Shown one piece after another: positions 17,885 to 27,219 of a stretch of DNA of 38,845 nucleotides (positions are counted from its first letter, which is position 1; every line of letters starts with the position of its first letter). The position numbers were made by a program, and so were the translations under genes. The notes under the pieces were generated by a model. That model was not told the origin of the DNA. It did not search any database and saw only the letters and a program-made list of their open reading frames with translations. Origin of the DNA: a bacterium (lineage in GTDB: Bacteria > Patescibacteriota > Saccharimonadia > Saccharimonadales > Saccharimonadaceae); the NCBI GenBank assembly GCA_021780305.1, contig JAJXYZ010000042.1, positions 1 through 38,845 on the forward strand. Reading direction: 5' to 3'.

Positions 17885-18867
17885 ACGATTGACTGTGCGA
17901 CAAAATCCTCTAGTTGTTTAATGATTAGGGGATTTTTAGTTTGTATTGCAATTTCATGGGTCCCAAGGATTACGCCAGTGTACGCAAAGTTATGCGATCC
18001 CGTTACGGCGATTTTTTGTCCATTTTTCATTTCAAAAATCATTAATTTGGTATGTAAATATTGATCTCGTGTGTATAAGGACTGATTACCCGATAGTAAT
18101 ATGCTTGTTTTTATGAAAAATTTATTGAGTCCTGTGGTCGATTTGGGTGGATTAAAATATAATTTTGAGTCGGTTATTTTTAAAAGTCGGCTTAGTTTGC
18201 CGGTTGGACAAAATTGCGAGACAAGTGTTACTCTATTAGCTTCACGGGTAAGCTCGCAAACTCTACGATATATAATAGATTCGCCAATCAAACCACCGTC
18301 AATCAACACCTCGTCTTCATCAACCGCAAAGCTATGGCTAGGATATGCAAATGGACCGGTGTCGGCGGCAATTATACGCTTTGATTCGTCGATTAATTCG
18401 TCGGCTAATTGTTTACTAGTTGTCTTTATCATGTAGTCATTGCAGGCTATCCCGTAATTATAAAGATTGACGCCACCGAATGAATAAACAATATCGTCAA
18501 CGACACACCATTTAATGTGGTTTCGTCCATTGAATACTGTTGTATGAGACTTTCCGAGCCAAATAAATTTAACACCATTCTTAACAAATTCTTTAGCCAT
18601 CTTCGTCACCTGACGGGATGATTTTGACAAATATTTATTGGCAAGTATCATACCGCCATGTTCGAGATAAGTATAAATATCGGCTGCGACCTCAACTTTA
18701 ACGCCTCGATTAACGGCTTCGTTTAAGGCTCGAAGAATCGCACTAGTTGAATCATCATTACCAATAACCATCGTAAATAGCGAGACTCTAGTTTTGGCCT
18801 GGTTAATATGATAGGTGGCGTCGCTAATATAATCGGTAGGCATTAACAGACTAAATTTTGTTGGCAT
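17881..18867 (-). CDS. phospholipase D-family protein (cardiolipin-synthase-like, no TM anchor)
   Basis: Two HKD-type motifs: HIKWCVVD...GGVN and HTKLMIFE...GSHN. Confidence 0.85.
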   Translation of the reverse strand: MPTKFSLLMPTDYISDATYHINQAKTRVSLFTMVIGNDDSTSAILRALNEAVNRGVKVEVAADIYTYLEHGGMILANKYLSKSSRQVTKMAKEFVKNGVKFIWLGKSHTTVFNGRNHIKWCVVDDIVYSFGGVNLYNYGIACNDYMIKTTSKQLADELIDESKRIIAADTGPFAYPSHSFAVDEDEVLIDGGLIGESIIYRRVCELTREANRVTLVSQFCPTGKLSRLLKITDSKLYFNPPKSTTGLNKFFIKTSILLSGNQSLYTRDQYLHTKLMIFEMKNGQKIAVTGSHNFAYTGVILGTHEIAIQTKNPLIIKQLEDFVAQSIV

Positions 18868-18941
18868 ATTATGATAATTATATCGTGCTCAGCCAAAAAC
18901 TGGTAAACTAAAGATAAAGTAAGCAAAAGGAGTGAGGCCAA

Positions 18942-19472
18942 ATGGCAGATTTTAATCAGATTTTGACAACGGGTGACGTTGATGGCGGCGTTATAAATGT
19001 CGTCGTAGAGATTCCACAAGGGAGTAGCCATAAAATTGAATGGGTTCGTGATATGGCGGCCTTTAAACTTGATCGTGTAGAACCGCTAATTTTTGCAAAA
19101 CCAACGAACTATGGTTTTATTCCTCAAACAATTGATGAAGACGGCGATGAATTGGACGCATTAATCATAACGGACCGACCGCTAAGCACTGGTATTTTTC
19201 TAAAAGCCAAAGTTATTGGTGTTTTAAAATTTGTTGATGATGGCGAAGTTGACGATAAAATCGTGGTCGTACCAGACGATGATCGCCAGTCGGGTGATGC
19301 AATCAATACGTTAGATGATTTAAATCCACAGCTTAAAAAACAAATAGAGCATCATTTTAGTCACTACAAAGACCTTAAAAAGCCAGGTTCAACTGTCGTT
19401 AAGGGCTGGGGTGATATCGATGAGGCAAAGGCGATTATTCGCTTATCGATTGATCGCTGGAACAACCGCTAA
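18942..19472 (+). CDS. ppa: family I inorganic pyrophosphatase
   Basis: VEIP.GS, NYGFIPQT, DGDELD, DDGEVDDK, FSHYK. Confidence 0.95.
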   Translation: MADFNQILTTGDVDGGVINVVVEIPQGSSHKIEWVRDMAAFKLDRVEPLIFAKPTNYGFIPQTIDEDGDELDALIITDRPLSTGIFLKAKVIGVLKFVDDGEVDDKIVVVPDDDRQSGDAINTLDDLNPQLKKQIEHHFSHYKDLKKPGSTVVKGWGDIDEAKAIIRLSIDRWNNR

Positions 19473-19479
19473 TATTCCT

Positions 19480-20154
19480 TTATAGTTGCATCATCGCGAC
19501 GACGGCATATCGACCGTCGTCGTTTTGTCTGCCAGCTAAAAATTCACTATGCGAATAGTAGTTTGGATCGGTGGTTGTATCGGTCGGATTGTCATGGATA
19601 TTCTTATCTATGATACCGGCGCTATGCAGTTGCTCGAAAACAACATCCCTGAAGGAGCGATTATCAAAAGCAAATAATGGATAATTCTGCTGTCCAGGTG
19701 CAGCAGTCAACCAAATTTCTAAATCGCTTGGGATTGAAGAGTAGTGACTTATCAAATATTCAACTGAAGCTTTAGCGCCAAATTGCTCGAGGCTATGACG
19801 GCCAATGTGCGATAACATTAGTATATTTTGTTTCGTGTCGAAGATTGCCGCGCCTACACAATCAGCTAATGGTAAAAATAAGGCTTGCCCGGGTTGTCTG
19901 GTGATTAAAGCATTGGCTGATTCTATATCTTCGCCGTTCACACCTTCACCTAGATTGCATTTATTTACTTCGCGGTAGCGACGATAATCATCGCCACCAT
20001 AGGTTATGGCGACTCTGGTCGCAGAGTCAGGCGATATACCATATCTTTCCAAAAATAGTCGGCGATTATCTAAGACCTTGGATTTATTAATTGGGTCTTT
20101 ATGAATAGTCATATTACCATCGGAAACGGTTGAAACTGCGAATATAACTTTCAT
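19480..20154 (-). CDS. YfiH/PgeF (laccase-domain, purine nucleoside phosphorylase) family protein
   Basis: NRRLFL, ALIT..PG, LADC, SHIGR, YYSH, GR. Confidence 0.82.
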   Translation of the reverse strand: MKVIFAVSTVSDGNMTIHKDPINKSKVLDNRRLFLERYGISPDSATRVAITYGGDDYRRYREVNKCNLGEGVNGEDIESANALITRQPGQALFLPLADCVGAAIFDTKQNILMLSHIGRHSLEQFGAKASVEYLISHYSSIPSDLEIWLTAAPGQQNYPLFAFDNRSFRDVVFEQLHSAGIIDKNIHDNPTDTTTDPNYYSHSEFLAGRQNDDGRYAVVAMMQL

Positions 20155-21692
20155 GATTTATCTTTTCTTTTGGTTGCTTTTCGACGAATTATTTTTGCAG
20201 CGCTAGTGATTGTTTCGATAACGCCTAGTTGCTTTAGCTGCAAGCGCAACTTTTGTTTAGCATGAGTTGTTTTAACTAGATCTTGCCAATCTTGTTTAGG
20301 TGAAGATATTTTACGCGTTACAACTTCAACTACGTCACCATTATTCAATGGTTTATCAAACGGGTGTATCTTACCGTTTACTCGAAAGCTGTAAGCGTGT
20401 TTGGCGATATCGCTGTGTACCATGTAAGCAAAATCAAGCGGCAGCGCGCCCTCGGGTAGATTATAAATATCGCCCTTTGGTGAATAGACAAATATGCGCT
20501 TTCCAAAAATATCAATATTTAGCTGTTCGGTTGAAATATCTTCATTATTACGTAACCTGGTGGCGATATCCTGAAGCTGAGTAATCCATTGCATTTGAGC
20601 AGGCAGCGATGATACCCGTTTCTTTTTAACATAATTTTTTGTTACTTTTTGTTCGTGGTAGTGAAAGCCGGCGGCTAGCCCGCGTTCAGCGTGTTCGTGC
20701 ATGGCGTAAGTTCTAATTTGAAACTCGACAATTTGCTTTGATGGTGTGATGACAGTGGTGTGTAGGCTTTGATAGCCGTTTGGTTTTGGAACGGCGATAT
20801 AGTCTTTAATACGAGTAATCATTGGTTGGTACATTGTATGAAGTAGCCCAAGAACACGGTAGCAATCTTCTTTGGTCTCGACAATGATCCGAAGCGCCAT
20901 TAAATCGTAAATATCATCCATGTTGCCGTCAACTTTTTTCAACTTGCAGTAAAGGCTATAGACGCTTTTAACTCGGCCATTGATTTCGGATTTTATCTTA
21001 TGTTTTGTCAATTCGGCGTTAACTTCACTGCGAACAATACCTAGTTTGCGCGTGCTTTTACCAAGCCGTTTTTTCATGATGTTTGTGAGACGTCTATACT
21101 CTATAGGATCTAAAAAGCTAAAGGCCAGCTCTTCAATTTGAACCCGGACGCGGCCCATACCTAAACGGTCGGCAATTGGTGCAAAAACTTCTAGTGATTC
21201 ACGCGCAATTTTAATTTGCTTGTCTTTGGGCATGTACTGAAGTGTTGATAGGTTATGTAGCCTATCGGCAAGCTTTATAATAATTACACGAACATCTTGA
21301 CCGACAGCAATCAGCAGTTTTGATAGATTATCCTTGGTTTGCGGTAAGTAATTAGCTAAATCCTGCATGCCAGCTCGAGCTTTTGAGACTTTAGTAACTC
21401 CATCTACCAAGAAGGCGACGTCGTGGCCGAAAAGTGCTTCTATTTCATCTAAAGTCGCGTCGGTATCTTCAACTGTATCGTGTAGAACTCCAGCAAGGAC
21501 GCTATCAATGTCCATTCCCCATTGAATCAGTGAGTCGGCGACAGCTAATGGGTGTGATATATAGTTATCGCCACTTTTACGTTTTTGACCACTGTGTGCT
21601 TTGGTGGCAAAGTCAATCGCATGCTCGAGTTCGAGCAGTTGGTCCTCCTCATAATACGGGTGGGCATTCTCTAGCAGCTCTTTCTTGCGCAT
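20151..21692 (-). CDS. bifunctional (p)ppGpp synthetase/hydrolase, short Rel (HD, SYNTH, TGS)
   Basis: H.GQKRKSG..YISHP, LHDTVEDT, KLADRLHN, RIKDY, GYQSLHT, EFQIRT, TGS LDFAY.VH. Confidence 0.93.
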   Translation of the reverse strand: MRKKELLENAHPYYEEDQLLELEHAIDFATKAHSGQKRKSGDNYISHPLAVADSLIQWGMDIDSVLAGVLHDTVEDTDATLDEIEALFGHDVAFLVDGVTKVSKARAGMQDLANYLPQTKDNLSKLLIAVGQDVRVIIIKLADRLHNLSTLQYMPKDKQIKIARESLEVFAPIADRLGMGRVRVQIEELAFSFLDPIEYRRLTNIMKKRLGKSTRKLGIVRSEVNAELTKHKIKSEINGRVKSVYSLYCKLKKVDGNMDDIYDLMALRIIVETKEDCYRVLGLLHTMYQPMITRIKDYIAVPKPNGYQSLHTTVITPSKQIVEFQIRTYAMHEHAERGLAAGFHYHEQKVTKNYVKKKRVSSLPAQMQWITQLQDIATRLRNNEDISTEQLNIDIFGKRIFVYSPKGDIYNLPEGALPLDFAYMVHSDIAKHAYSFRVNGKIHPFDKPLNNGDVVEVVTRKISSPKQDWQDLVKTTHAKQKLRLQLKQLGVIETITSAAKIIRRKATKRKDKS

Positions 21693-21785
21693 CGTCTATC
21701 TATTATACGATATATTTTGTTCAAAATCTGCTGGTCGTATATACTATAAAAGATATAACGCTAATGCTAACAAGGAGTGGACTGA

Positions 21786-22802
21786 ATGAGCCGATCGAAA
21801 ATTGGAATCAATGGTTTTGGGCGAATTGGGCGAAATGCATTCAAGATTGCATTTGAACGAAGCGATCTTGAGATTGTAGCGATCAATGATTTAACGGATA
21901 CAAAAACGTTAGCATACTTACTAAAGCACGACAGTAATTACGGTCTTTACGAGCATGATGTTAGTTTTGACGATGACGGCATTATTGTTAATGGTACGCA
22001 CATTAAAGTCTGTGCAGAAAAGGATCCATCGGCTTTACCTTGGGGTGAACTCGGGGTTGAGGTGGTGATTGAGTCGACTGGCCGCTTTACTTTAAAAGAG
22101 GACGCCGCGATGCATATTCGGGCTGGTGCTAAACGGGTAGTAATTAGTGGTCCAACTAAAAGCGAAGACGTCGATACGATTGTTTATGGCGCGAATGATG
22201 ATGCAATTGAAGGCTCGACGGAAGTTATTAGCAATGCCAGCTGTACGACTAATTCACTTGGAGCGGTTATGGCGATTCTTGATGCTGAGTATGGTGTCGA
22301 GAAATCAATGCTAACAACCGTGCATAGCTACACGGCTAGTCAAGCATTGCAAGACGCGCCAAATAAAGATCTGCGCGAGGGTCGTAATGCCGCTGAAAAT
22401 ATCGTTCCAACTACGACCGGTGCAGCGATTGCTGTCACAAAAACCCTGCCACAACTAGTTGGCAAATTTGACGGCTTAAGCATTCGGGTTCCGACACCGG
22501 TTGTTTCAATCAGTGATATAACCGTACTGCTGGGTCGCGATGCTACTGTTGAAGAGATTAATGAAACCTTTAAAAAAGCAGCAGCTGAGCCGTTCTATCA
22601 AGGTATTTTAGGTGTTAGCGAAGAATCATTAGTTAGTCGCGACTACATAGGCAATAGTCATTCCGGTGTGGTTGACTTGCAACTTACTAAGGTTGTAGGC
22701 GGTAATTTGGCCAAGATTATGGTTTGGTACGACAACGAGTGGGGTTACAGCAACCGCCTGGTTGAATTGGTGGCTGATCTGGGTAAAACACTAAACCGCT
22801 AA
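21786..22802 (+). CDS. gap: type I glyceraldehyde-3-phosphate dehydrogenase
   Basis: GINGFGRIGR, SNASCTTN, PTTTGAA, RVPT, WYDNEWGYS. Confidence 0.97.
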   Translation: MSRSKIGINGFGRIGRNAFKIAFERSDLEIVAINDLTDTKTLAYLLKHDSNYGLYEHDVSFDDDGIIVNGTHIKVCAEKDPSALPWGELGVEVVIESTGRFTLKEDAAMHIRAGAKRVVISGPTKSEDVDTIVYGANDDAIEGSTEVISNASCTTNSLGAVMAILDAEYGVEKSMLTTVHSYTASQALQDAPNKDLREGRNAAENIVPTTTGAAIAVTKTLPQLVGKFDGLSIRVPTPVVSISDITVLLGRDATVEEINETFKKAAAEPFYQGILGVSEESLVSRDYIGNSHSGVVDLQLTKVVGGNLAKIMVWYDNEWGYSNRLVELVADLGKTLNR

Positions 22803-22814
22803 TATTTAGATATT

Positions 22815-22832
22815 AAAAAAGCCCAAATGGGC
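22815..22832 (-). terminator. small intrinsic terminator on the minus strand
   Basis: Minus strand reads GCCCA-TT-TGGGC followed by TTTTTT. Confidence 0.45.
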
Positions 22833-22858
22833 AATTGTAGAGCTGACAAAGTTTTGCG

Positions 22859-22892
22859 TGAGGAGAGGGAGTCATGTGACACCCTCTCCTCA
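22859..22892. repeat. strong inverted repeat / 3' hairpin
   Basis: TGAGGAGAGGG-A-GTCA-TG-TGAC-A-CCCTCTCCTCA. Confidence 0.85.
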
Positions 22893-22910
22893 ACACCTCA
22901 GTTCGTCGTC

Positions 22911-23201
22911 TTAACTTGGGCTAGTGAACCGGGTTACGAGCACCCAGACCACCAACAGCGCGATTGACCCGATTGCGGTCAGTGCTAGTATCCCTCCGTT
23001 GAACGACATCCAGTTGACCGACGTCCATCCGGTCAAGAGCAGCACCTCTAGCAGTACTAGGCTGATGAGGTGGATGCCAAAGCCGATGAAGGCCATACCG
23101 CTGTAGTACAGCCAAGCAGCAAGCATCAACGTGATGATGGCCGCAAGGCTGACGATGACGATGGTCGTGACGCTGAAGTTCCAAACTCCGTAGGTCTGCA
23201 T
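22911..23201 (-). CDS. orphan 3-TM membrane protein in a GC-rich cassette
   Basis: Three hydrophobic segments and its own promoter; start uncertain (ATG 23201 or TTG 23255). Confidence 0.6.
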   Translation of the reverse strand: MQTYGVWNFSVTTIVIVSLAAIITLMLAAWLYYSGMAFIGFGIHLISLVLLEVLLLTGWTSVNWMSFNGGILALTAIGSIALLVVWVLVTRFTSPS

Positions 23202-23265
23202 GTTAATCCCGTCTGAGGTGCACTCTGGCACCTCGATCGATTGAGAAATGCACAAAGTTATAAAA

Positions 23266-23294
23266 AGTATATCACATTTTTATTAAAAAGTCAA
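23266..23294 (-). promoter_or_regulatory. near-consensus sigma70 promoter
   Basis: Minus strand TTGACT-17 nt-TATACT with extended -10 TG. Confidence 0.75.
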
Positions 23295-23341
23295 TACACT
23301 GACTTTTTGCGCAAATTTTCGATATCGCTTATACTTACAAC

Positions 23342-23791
23342 ATGAAGATATATCTAGGCAGCGACCATCGGGGCTTTCACTTAAAACAAGAAGTTTTTGC
23401 ATACTTAGCAAAGCACAATTACGAAGTTGAGGATGTTGGCGACAACGTCCTTGATCCAAATGATGACTTTCCGGAATTTGCCCAAGCAGCCTCGCTTAAG
23501 GTTTTAGGCAGCGACGACAAAGATCCACGTGCAATTTTACTATGTGGCGGCGGCCAAGGTATGGCAATGGCAGCTAATCGTTTCCGTGGTATCCGGGCAA
23601 GTGTGATTTGGGATGCCTATGAGGCTAAAATGTCTCGAAACGACAACGACAGTAATGTTTTGTGCTTGCCAGCGCGGGTATTAGAAGAAGACGACAAAGC
23701 CTGGCAGGGAATTCTGGAAACTTGGTTAGCAACACCTTTTGCGACCGCTACCCGTTATAAACGACGTAATGCACAGATTGATGAGCTGTAA
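23342..23791 (+). CDS. rpiB: ribose-5-phosphate isomerase B
   Basis: GSDHRG, DDFP, CGGGQG..MAANR..GIRA, NDSNVL, RYKRR. Confidence 0.92.
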   Translation: MKIYLGSDHRGFHLKQEVFAYLAKHNYEVEDVGDNVLDPNDDFPEFAQAASLKVLGSDDKDPRAILLCGGGQGMAMAANRFRGIRASVIWDAYEAKMSRNDNDSNVLCLPARVLEEDDKAWQGILETWLATPFATATRYKRRNAQIDEL

Positions 23792-24435
23792 TGAGTGTTA
23801 TTGCGCCCTGCATTACCGTAGAGACGCCTGAGGATTATAAAGCGTCAGTCGAGCGGATTCATCCGTTTGCTCAGCGGGTTCATATTGATATTAGTGATGG
23901 TGAATTTGCACCAACTTTTTTACTGAGTGAGTCGCAGATATGGTGGCCAAAAGAGTGGCAAGTCGATATTCATGCCATGGTGGCGCGTCCGGCCGAGCAT
24001 ATCCAGTCGTTAATTAAACTAAAGCCAAGTTTGATCACTTTTCATGTCGAGACCGGCGTTAATTTATTACCACTAATGGCGCAAATTAAACAGGCTGGTA
24101 TTAAAGCCGGCGTGGCCCTGCTTAAGCCAACCGTGCCAGCAACCTTCGTAGATGTTATCAAGGCAGCCGATCATGTCATGGTGTTTAGTGGCGACTTGGG
24201 TCATTACGGTGGCAGTGCTAGTCTAATGCAGCTCGAAAAGGTTCGTTTAATTAAGGCTATTAACCCAGGTGTCGAGATTGGTTGGGATGGCGGTGTTAGT
24301 GCTGATAATGCCTATACCTTGACCCAAGGCGGCGTTGACGTCCTAAATACTGGTGGCGCTATTGCAAAAGCAGCCGATCCAGGTCTTGCTTATGCTACAC
24401 TTGTTAAAGAGATAAATAAGCACGGAGTTATTTAG
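23791..24435 (+). CDS. rpe: ribulose-phosphate 3-epimerase
   Basis: HIDISDGEF, DIHAMV, FHVE, WDGG. Confidence 0.9.
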   Translation: MSVIAPCITVETPEDYKASVERIHPFAQRVHIDISDGEFAPTFLLSESQIWWPKEWQVDIHAMVARPAEHIQSLIKLKPSLITFHVETGVNLLPLMAQIKQAGIKAGVALLKPTVPATFVDVIKAADHVMVFSGDLGHYGGSASLMQLEKVRLIKAINPGVEIGWDGGVSADNAYTLTQGGVDVLNTGGAIAKAADPGLAYATLVKEINKHGVI

Positions 24436-25305
24436 ATGAGTGGGCAATTAACGATCGGGCAGCTTGAACAAAAGGCCAATGATATTCGCGAAGACATTAT
24501 TCGGATGCTTGAAGCAGCCGGCAGTGGTCATAGTGCTGGTCCATTAGGTCTAGCCGATATTTTTGCGGCGCTCTATTTTAATATCCTAAATCTTGACCCT
24601 AAAAATCCCGAGTGGTCTGATCGCGACATTTTATTCTTAAGTAATGGCCATACTATTCCAGTTCAATATGCGGCAATGGCGGAAGCTGGTTACTTTGAAA
24701 AAGAAGAGCTTTTGACACTACGCAAACTCGGTAGCCGACTACAAGGACATCCTGAGAGGGAGCGTTTACCGGGCTTGGAAAACACTAGCGGCCCACTTGG
24801 TAGCGGTTTGTCGCAAGCAGCTGGCTATGCCTACTCGATGCAATATATGGATAATATCAAGCACCGATTTGTTTATGTCGTAATGGGTGATGGCGAACTG
24901 GATGAGGGTAATGTTTGGGAAGCAGCGATGTTTGCCGGAAAGTACAAATTATCCCAACTAGTGGCGATAATCGATCGTAACAATATTCAGATTGATGGTA
25001 GCACCGAAGATGTAATGCCGCTCGAGGATCTGCGTGGCAAATGGGAATCATTTGGTTGGCATGTTCTTGAAATCGATGGGCATAATATTGAAAGTATGAT
25101 TGATGCGGCTAGTATGGCGCGGGCAATTACGAATCGTCCAAGTGTGATTATTGCGCATACAATACCTGGTAAAGGTGTTGATTTTATGGAATACGACTAT
25201 AAATGGCATGGCGTGGCGCCAAATAGTGACCAGGCCAAAGAAGCACTTAAGAAATTGCGGACACTTGACGGCAAGATTACGTTTGAAGGGGCAGGCTTAG
25301 AATGA
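24436..25305 (+). CDS. transketolase, N-terminal (TPP-binding) subunit
   Basis: SGH, LSNGH, LQGHP, SGPLG.G, GDGELDEG..WE, KGV, WHG. Confidence 0.95.
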   Translation: MSGQLTIGQLEQKANDIREDIIRMLEAAGSGHSAGPLGLADIFAALYFNILNLDPKNPEWSDRDILFLSNGHTIPVQYAAMAEAGYFEKEELLTLRKLGSRLQGHPERERLPGLENTSGPLGSGLSQAAGYAYSMQYMDNIKHRFVYVVMGDGELDEGNVWEAAMFAGKYKLSQLVAIIDRNNIQIDGSTEDVMPLEDLRGKWESFGWHVLEIDGHNIESMIDAASMARAITNRPSVIIAHTIPGKGVDFMEYDYKWHGVAPNSDQAKEALKKLRTLDGKITFEGAGLE

Positions 25306-26297
25306 GTTACCAACTACAAACCGATGTTTATAACGATGATGTTAAATTAGAGCCAATTCGAGCTGGTTTTGGTCGCGGTTTAAAAGCTGCTGGGGCTGCT
25401 AATGATAAAATTGTGGCACTTTGTGCAGATTTAACAGAAAGTACCCAAATGCATCTTTTTAGGGATGAATTTCCTTCGCGTTTTGTGGAAGTTGGTATCG
25501 CTGAACAAAACTTGGCGGCGGTTGCTTCTGGTCTAGCTCGAGCTGGTAAAATTCCGTTTGCTAGTAGTTATGCTGCCTTTAGTCCTGGGCGGAACTGGGA
25601 GCAAATTAAGACAACTATCGCGATTAACAATCAACCGGTTAAGATTATCGGTAGCCATGCTGGTGTAAGTGTTGGACCGGACGGTGCGACACACCAGATG
25701 TTAGAAGATATTGCATTGATGCGCGTTATGCCAAACATGGTGGTGATTGCACCCGGTGACAGTATTGAAGCCGAAAAAGCGACTTTAGCGATTGCAGAAA
25801 ATGGTAAACCAAGTTATTTGCGCCTAGCCCGCGAGAAGTCACCGATTTTTAGCACCGAAGACTCACCGTTTGAAATTGGCAAGGCATATATTTTGCGTGA
25901 TGGCTATGACGTTAGTTTGCTTGGTACTGGAGCTATGAGCTACCAGTTACTTAAAGCTGCTCATTTATTAGAATCACTTGGGATTAATGCCGAAGTTGTG
26001 CACGTACCGACTATCAAACCACTTGATGAGGCAACGATTCTAGCTAGTGTTAAGCGATGCGGTCGAGTAATTACAGCCGAAGAAGCGCAAGTAAAAGGTG
26101 GCTTTGGTGGCGCGATTGCCGAGCTATTATCTGAAAAGATACCAACACCACTTAAGCGAATTGGTATGCAGGACCGTTATGGTGAAAGTGGCGAGCCAAA
26201 TGAGCTGCTCGACTACTTTGGTTTAAACGCTGAAAAAATGGTTGATCAAATTTCTGAATTTGTGCATAACACACCAAAATATCACCAAGAAAATTAA
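25302..26297 (+). CDS. transketolase, C-terminal subunit
   Basis: GIAEQN, GPDGATHQMLED, YLRL, TIKPLD. Confidence 0.95.
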   Translation: MSYQLQTDVYNDDVKLEPIRAGFGRGLKAAGAANDKIVALCADLTESTQMHLFRDEFPSRFVEVGIAEQNLAAVASGLARAGKIPFASSYAAFSPGRNWEQIKTTIAINNQPVKIIGSHAGVSVGPDGATHQMLEDIALMRVMPNMVVIAPGDSIEAEKATLAIAENGKPSYLRLAREKSPIFSTEDSPFEIGKAYILRDGYDVSLLGTGAMSYQLLKAAHLLESLGINAEVVHVPTIKPLDEATILASVKRCGRVITAEEAQVKGGFGGAIAELLSEKIPTPLKRIGMQDRYGESGEPNELLDYFGLNAEKMVDQISEFVHNTPKYHQEN

Positions 26298-26306
26298 GGG
26301 GGCGCT

Positions 26307-27218
26307 ATGGGGCTAACGATTAATCAAATAAGAGACAATACGACACGAGCTAGGCATTTAATGCAACGTAGTCGAGCACAAGGCTTTGCGGTCGGCGCAT
26401 TTAATATTGATAACCAGGAAACCCTTATTGCAATTGCACGGGCTGCTCAAAAGTTAAGCGCCCCTGTTCTAGTAGAAGTCAGCGACGGTGAAGTTAAAGC
26501 AATTGGACTAGAGAATATTCGAGACATGGTTGATAACTATCGGTTGCAGTATGGTATCGAGATGTATATAAATTTGGACCATAGTCCGACCGTTGAAGAT
26601 TGCAAGCGTGCGATCGATGTTGGTTTCGAATTTATCCATATCGACATCTCGCAGGCTTCACATGATGCTTCGACTGAAGACATTATTGCTAAAACTAAAG
26701 AAGTTGTGGACTATGCGCGTTTTACGGGGGCGCTTGTCGAGAGCGAACCGCACTATTTTGGCGGATCATCGAATCTTCATACTGAAACTATCGACTATGA
26801 AGAAATAAAAAAGACATTTAGTACACCGGAAGGCGCCAAGAGCTTTGTTGATGCCACCGGTATCGACACTTTTGCAGCCGCTGTTGGTAATTTGCATGGC
26901 AAATACCCAGTTCCTAAGCAACTTGACCTAGAGTTATTGCAGTCAATTCGTAACTCAATTGATTGCCAAATTAGTCTGCACGGCGGTAGCGATACGCCAC
27001 TTCATTACTTTGAAGAAGCTGCTAAAATTGGGGTCAGCAAGATAAATATCAACAGTGACATGCGTTACGCTTACCGTAAAGAACTTGAAAAAGTTTTAGC
27101 TGAAAATCCGGACGAATATGCTGTCGTAAAATTAATGCCACAAGTTTATGCAGCCGTTCAGGCGGTTGTTGAAGAAAAAATCCAAGCTTTTGGTAGCGCT
27201 AATCGGGCGGTTATGTAA
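26307..27218 (+). CDS. fba: class II fructose-bisphosphate aldolase
   Basis: AVGAFN, LDH, GNLHG, LHGGS, KININ. Confidence 0.93.
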   Translation: MGLTINQIRDNTTRARHLMQRSRAQGFAVGAFNIDNQETLIAIARAAQKLSAPVLVEVSDGEVKAIGLENIRDMVDNYRLQYGIEMYINLDHSPTVEDCKRAIDVGFEFIHIDISQASHDASTEDIIAKTKEVVDYARFTGALVESEPHYFGGSSNLHTETIDYEEIKKTFSTPEGAKSFVDATGIDTFAAAVGNLHGKYPVPKQLDLELLQSIRNSIDCQISLHGGSDTPLHYFEEAAKIGVSKININSDMRYAYRKELEKVLAENPDEYAVVKLMPQVYAAVQAVVEEKIQAFGSANRAVM

Positions 27219-27219
27219 T

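Noticed and set aside
21434..21856. 140-aa plus-strand ORF spanning the rel/gap divergent region
   Set aside because: Overlaps both real genes and their promoters; not protein-like.
22921..23184. Alternative ORFs (87 aa minus, 60 aa plus) in the GC-rich cassette
   Set aside because: The 3-TM frame is more protein-like; extra open frames are expected at higher GC.
27148..27219. N-terminal extension of PfkB1 overlapping fba in the ORF track
   Set aside because: ATG 27220 immediately follows the fba stop and the kinase fold begins there.
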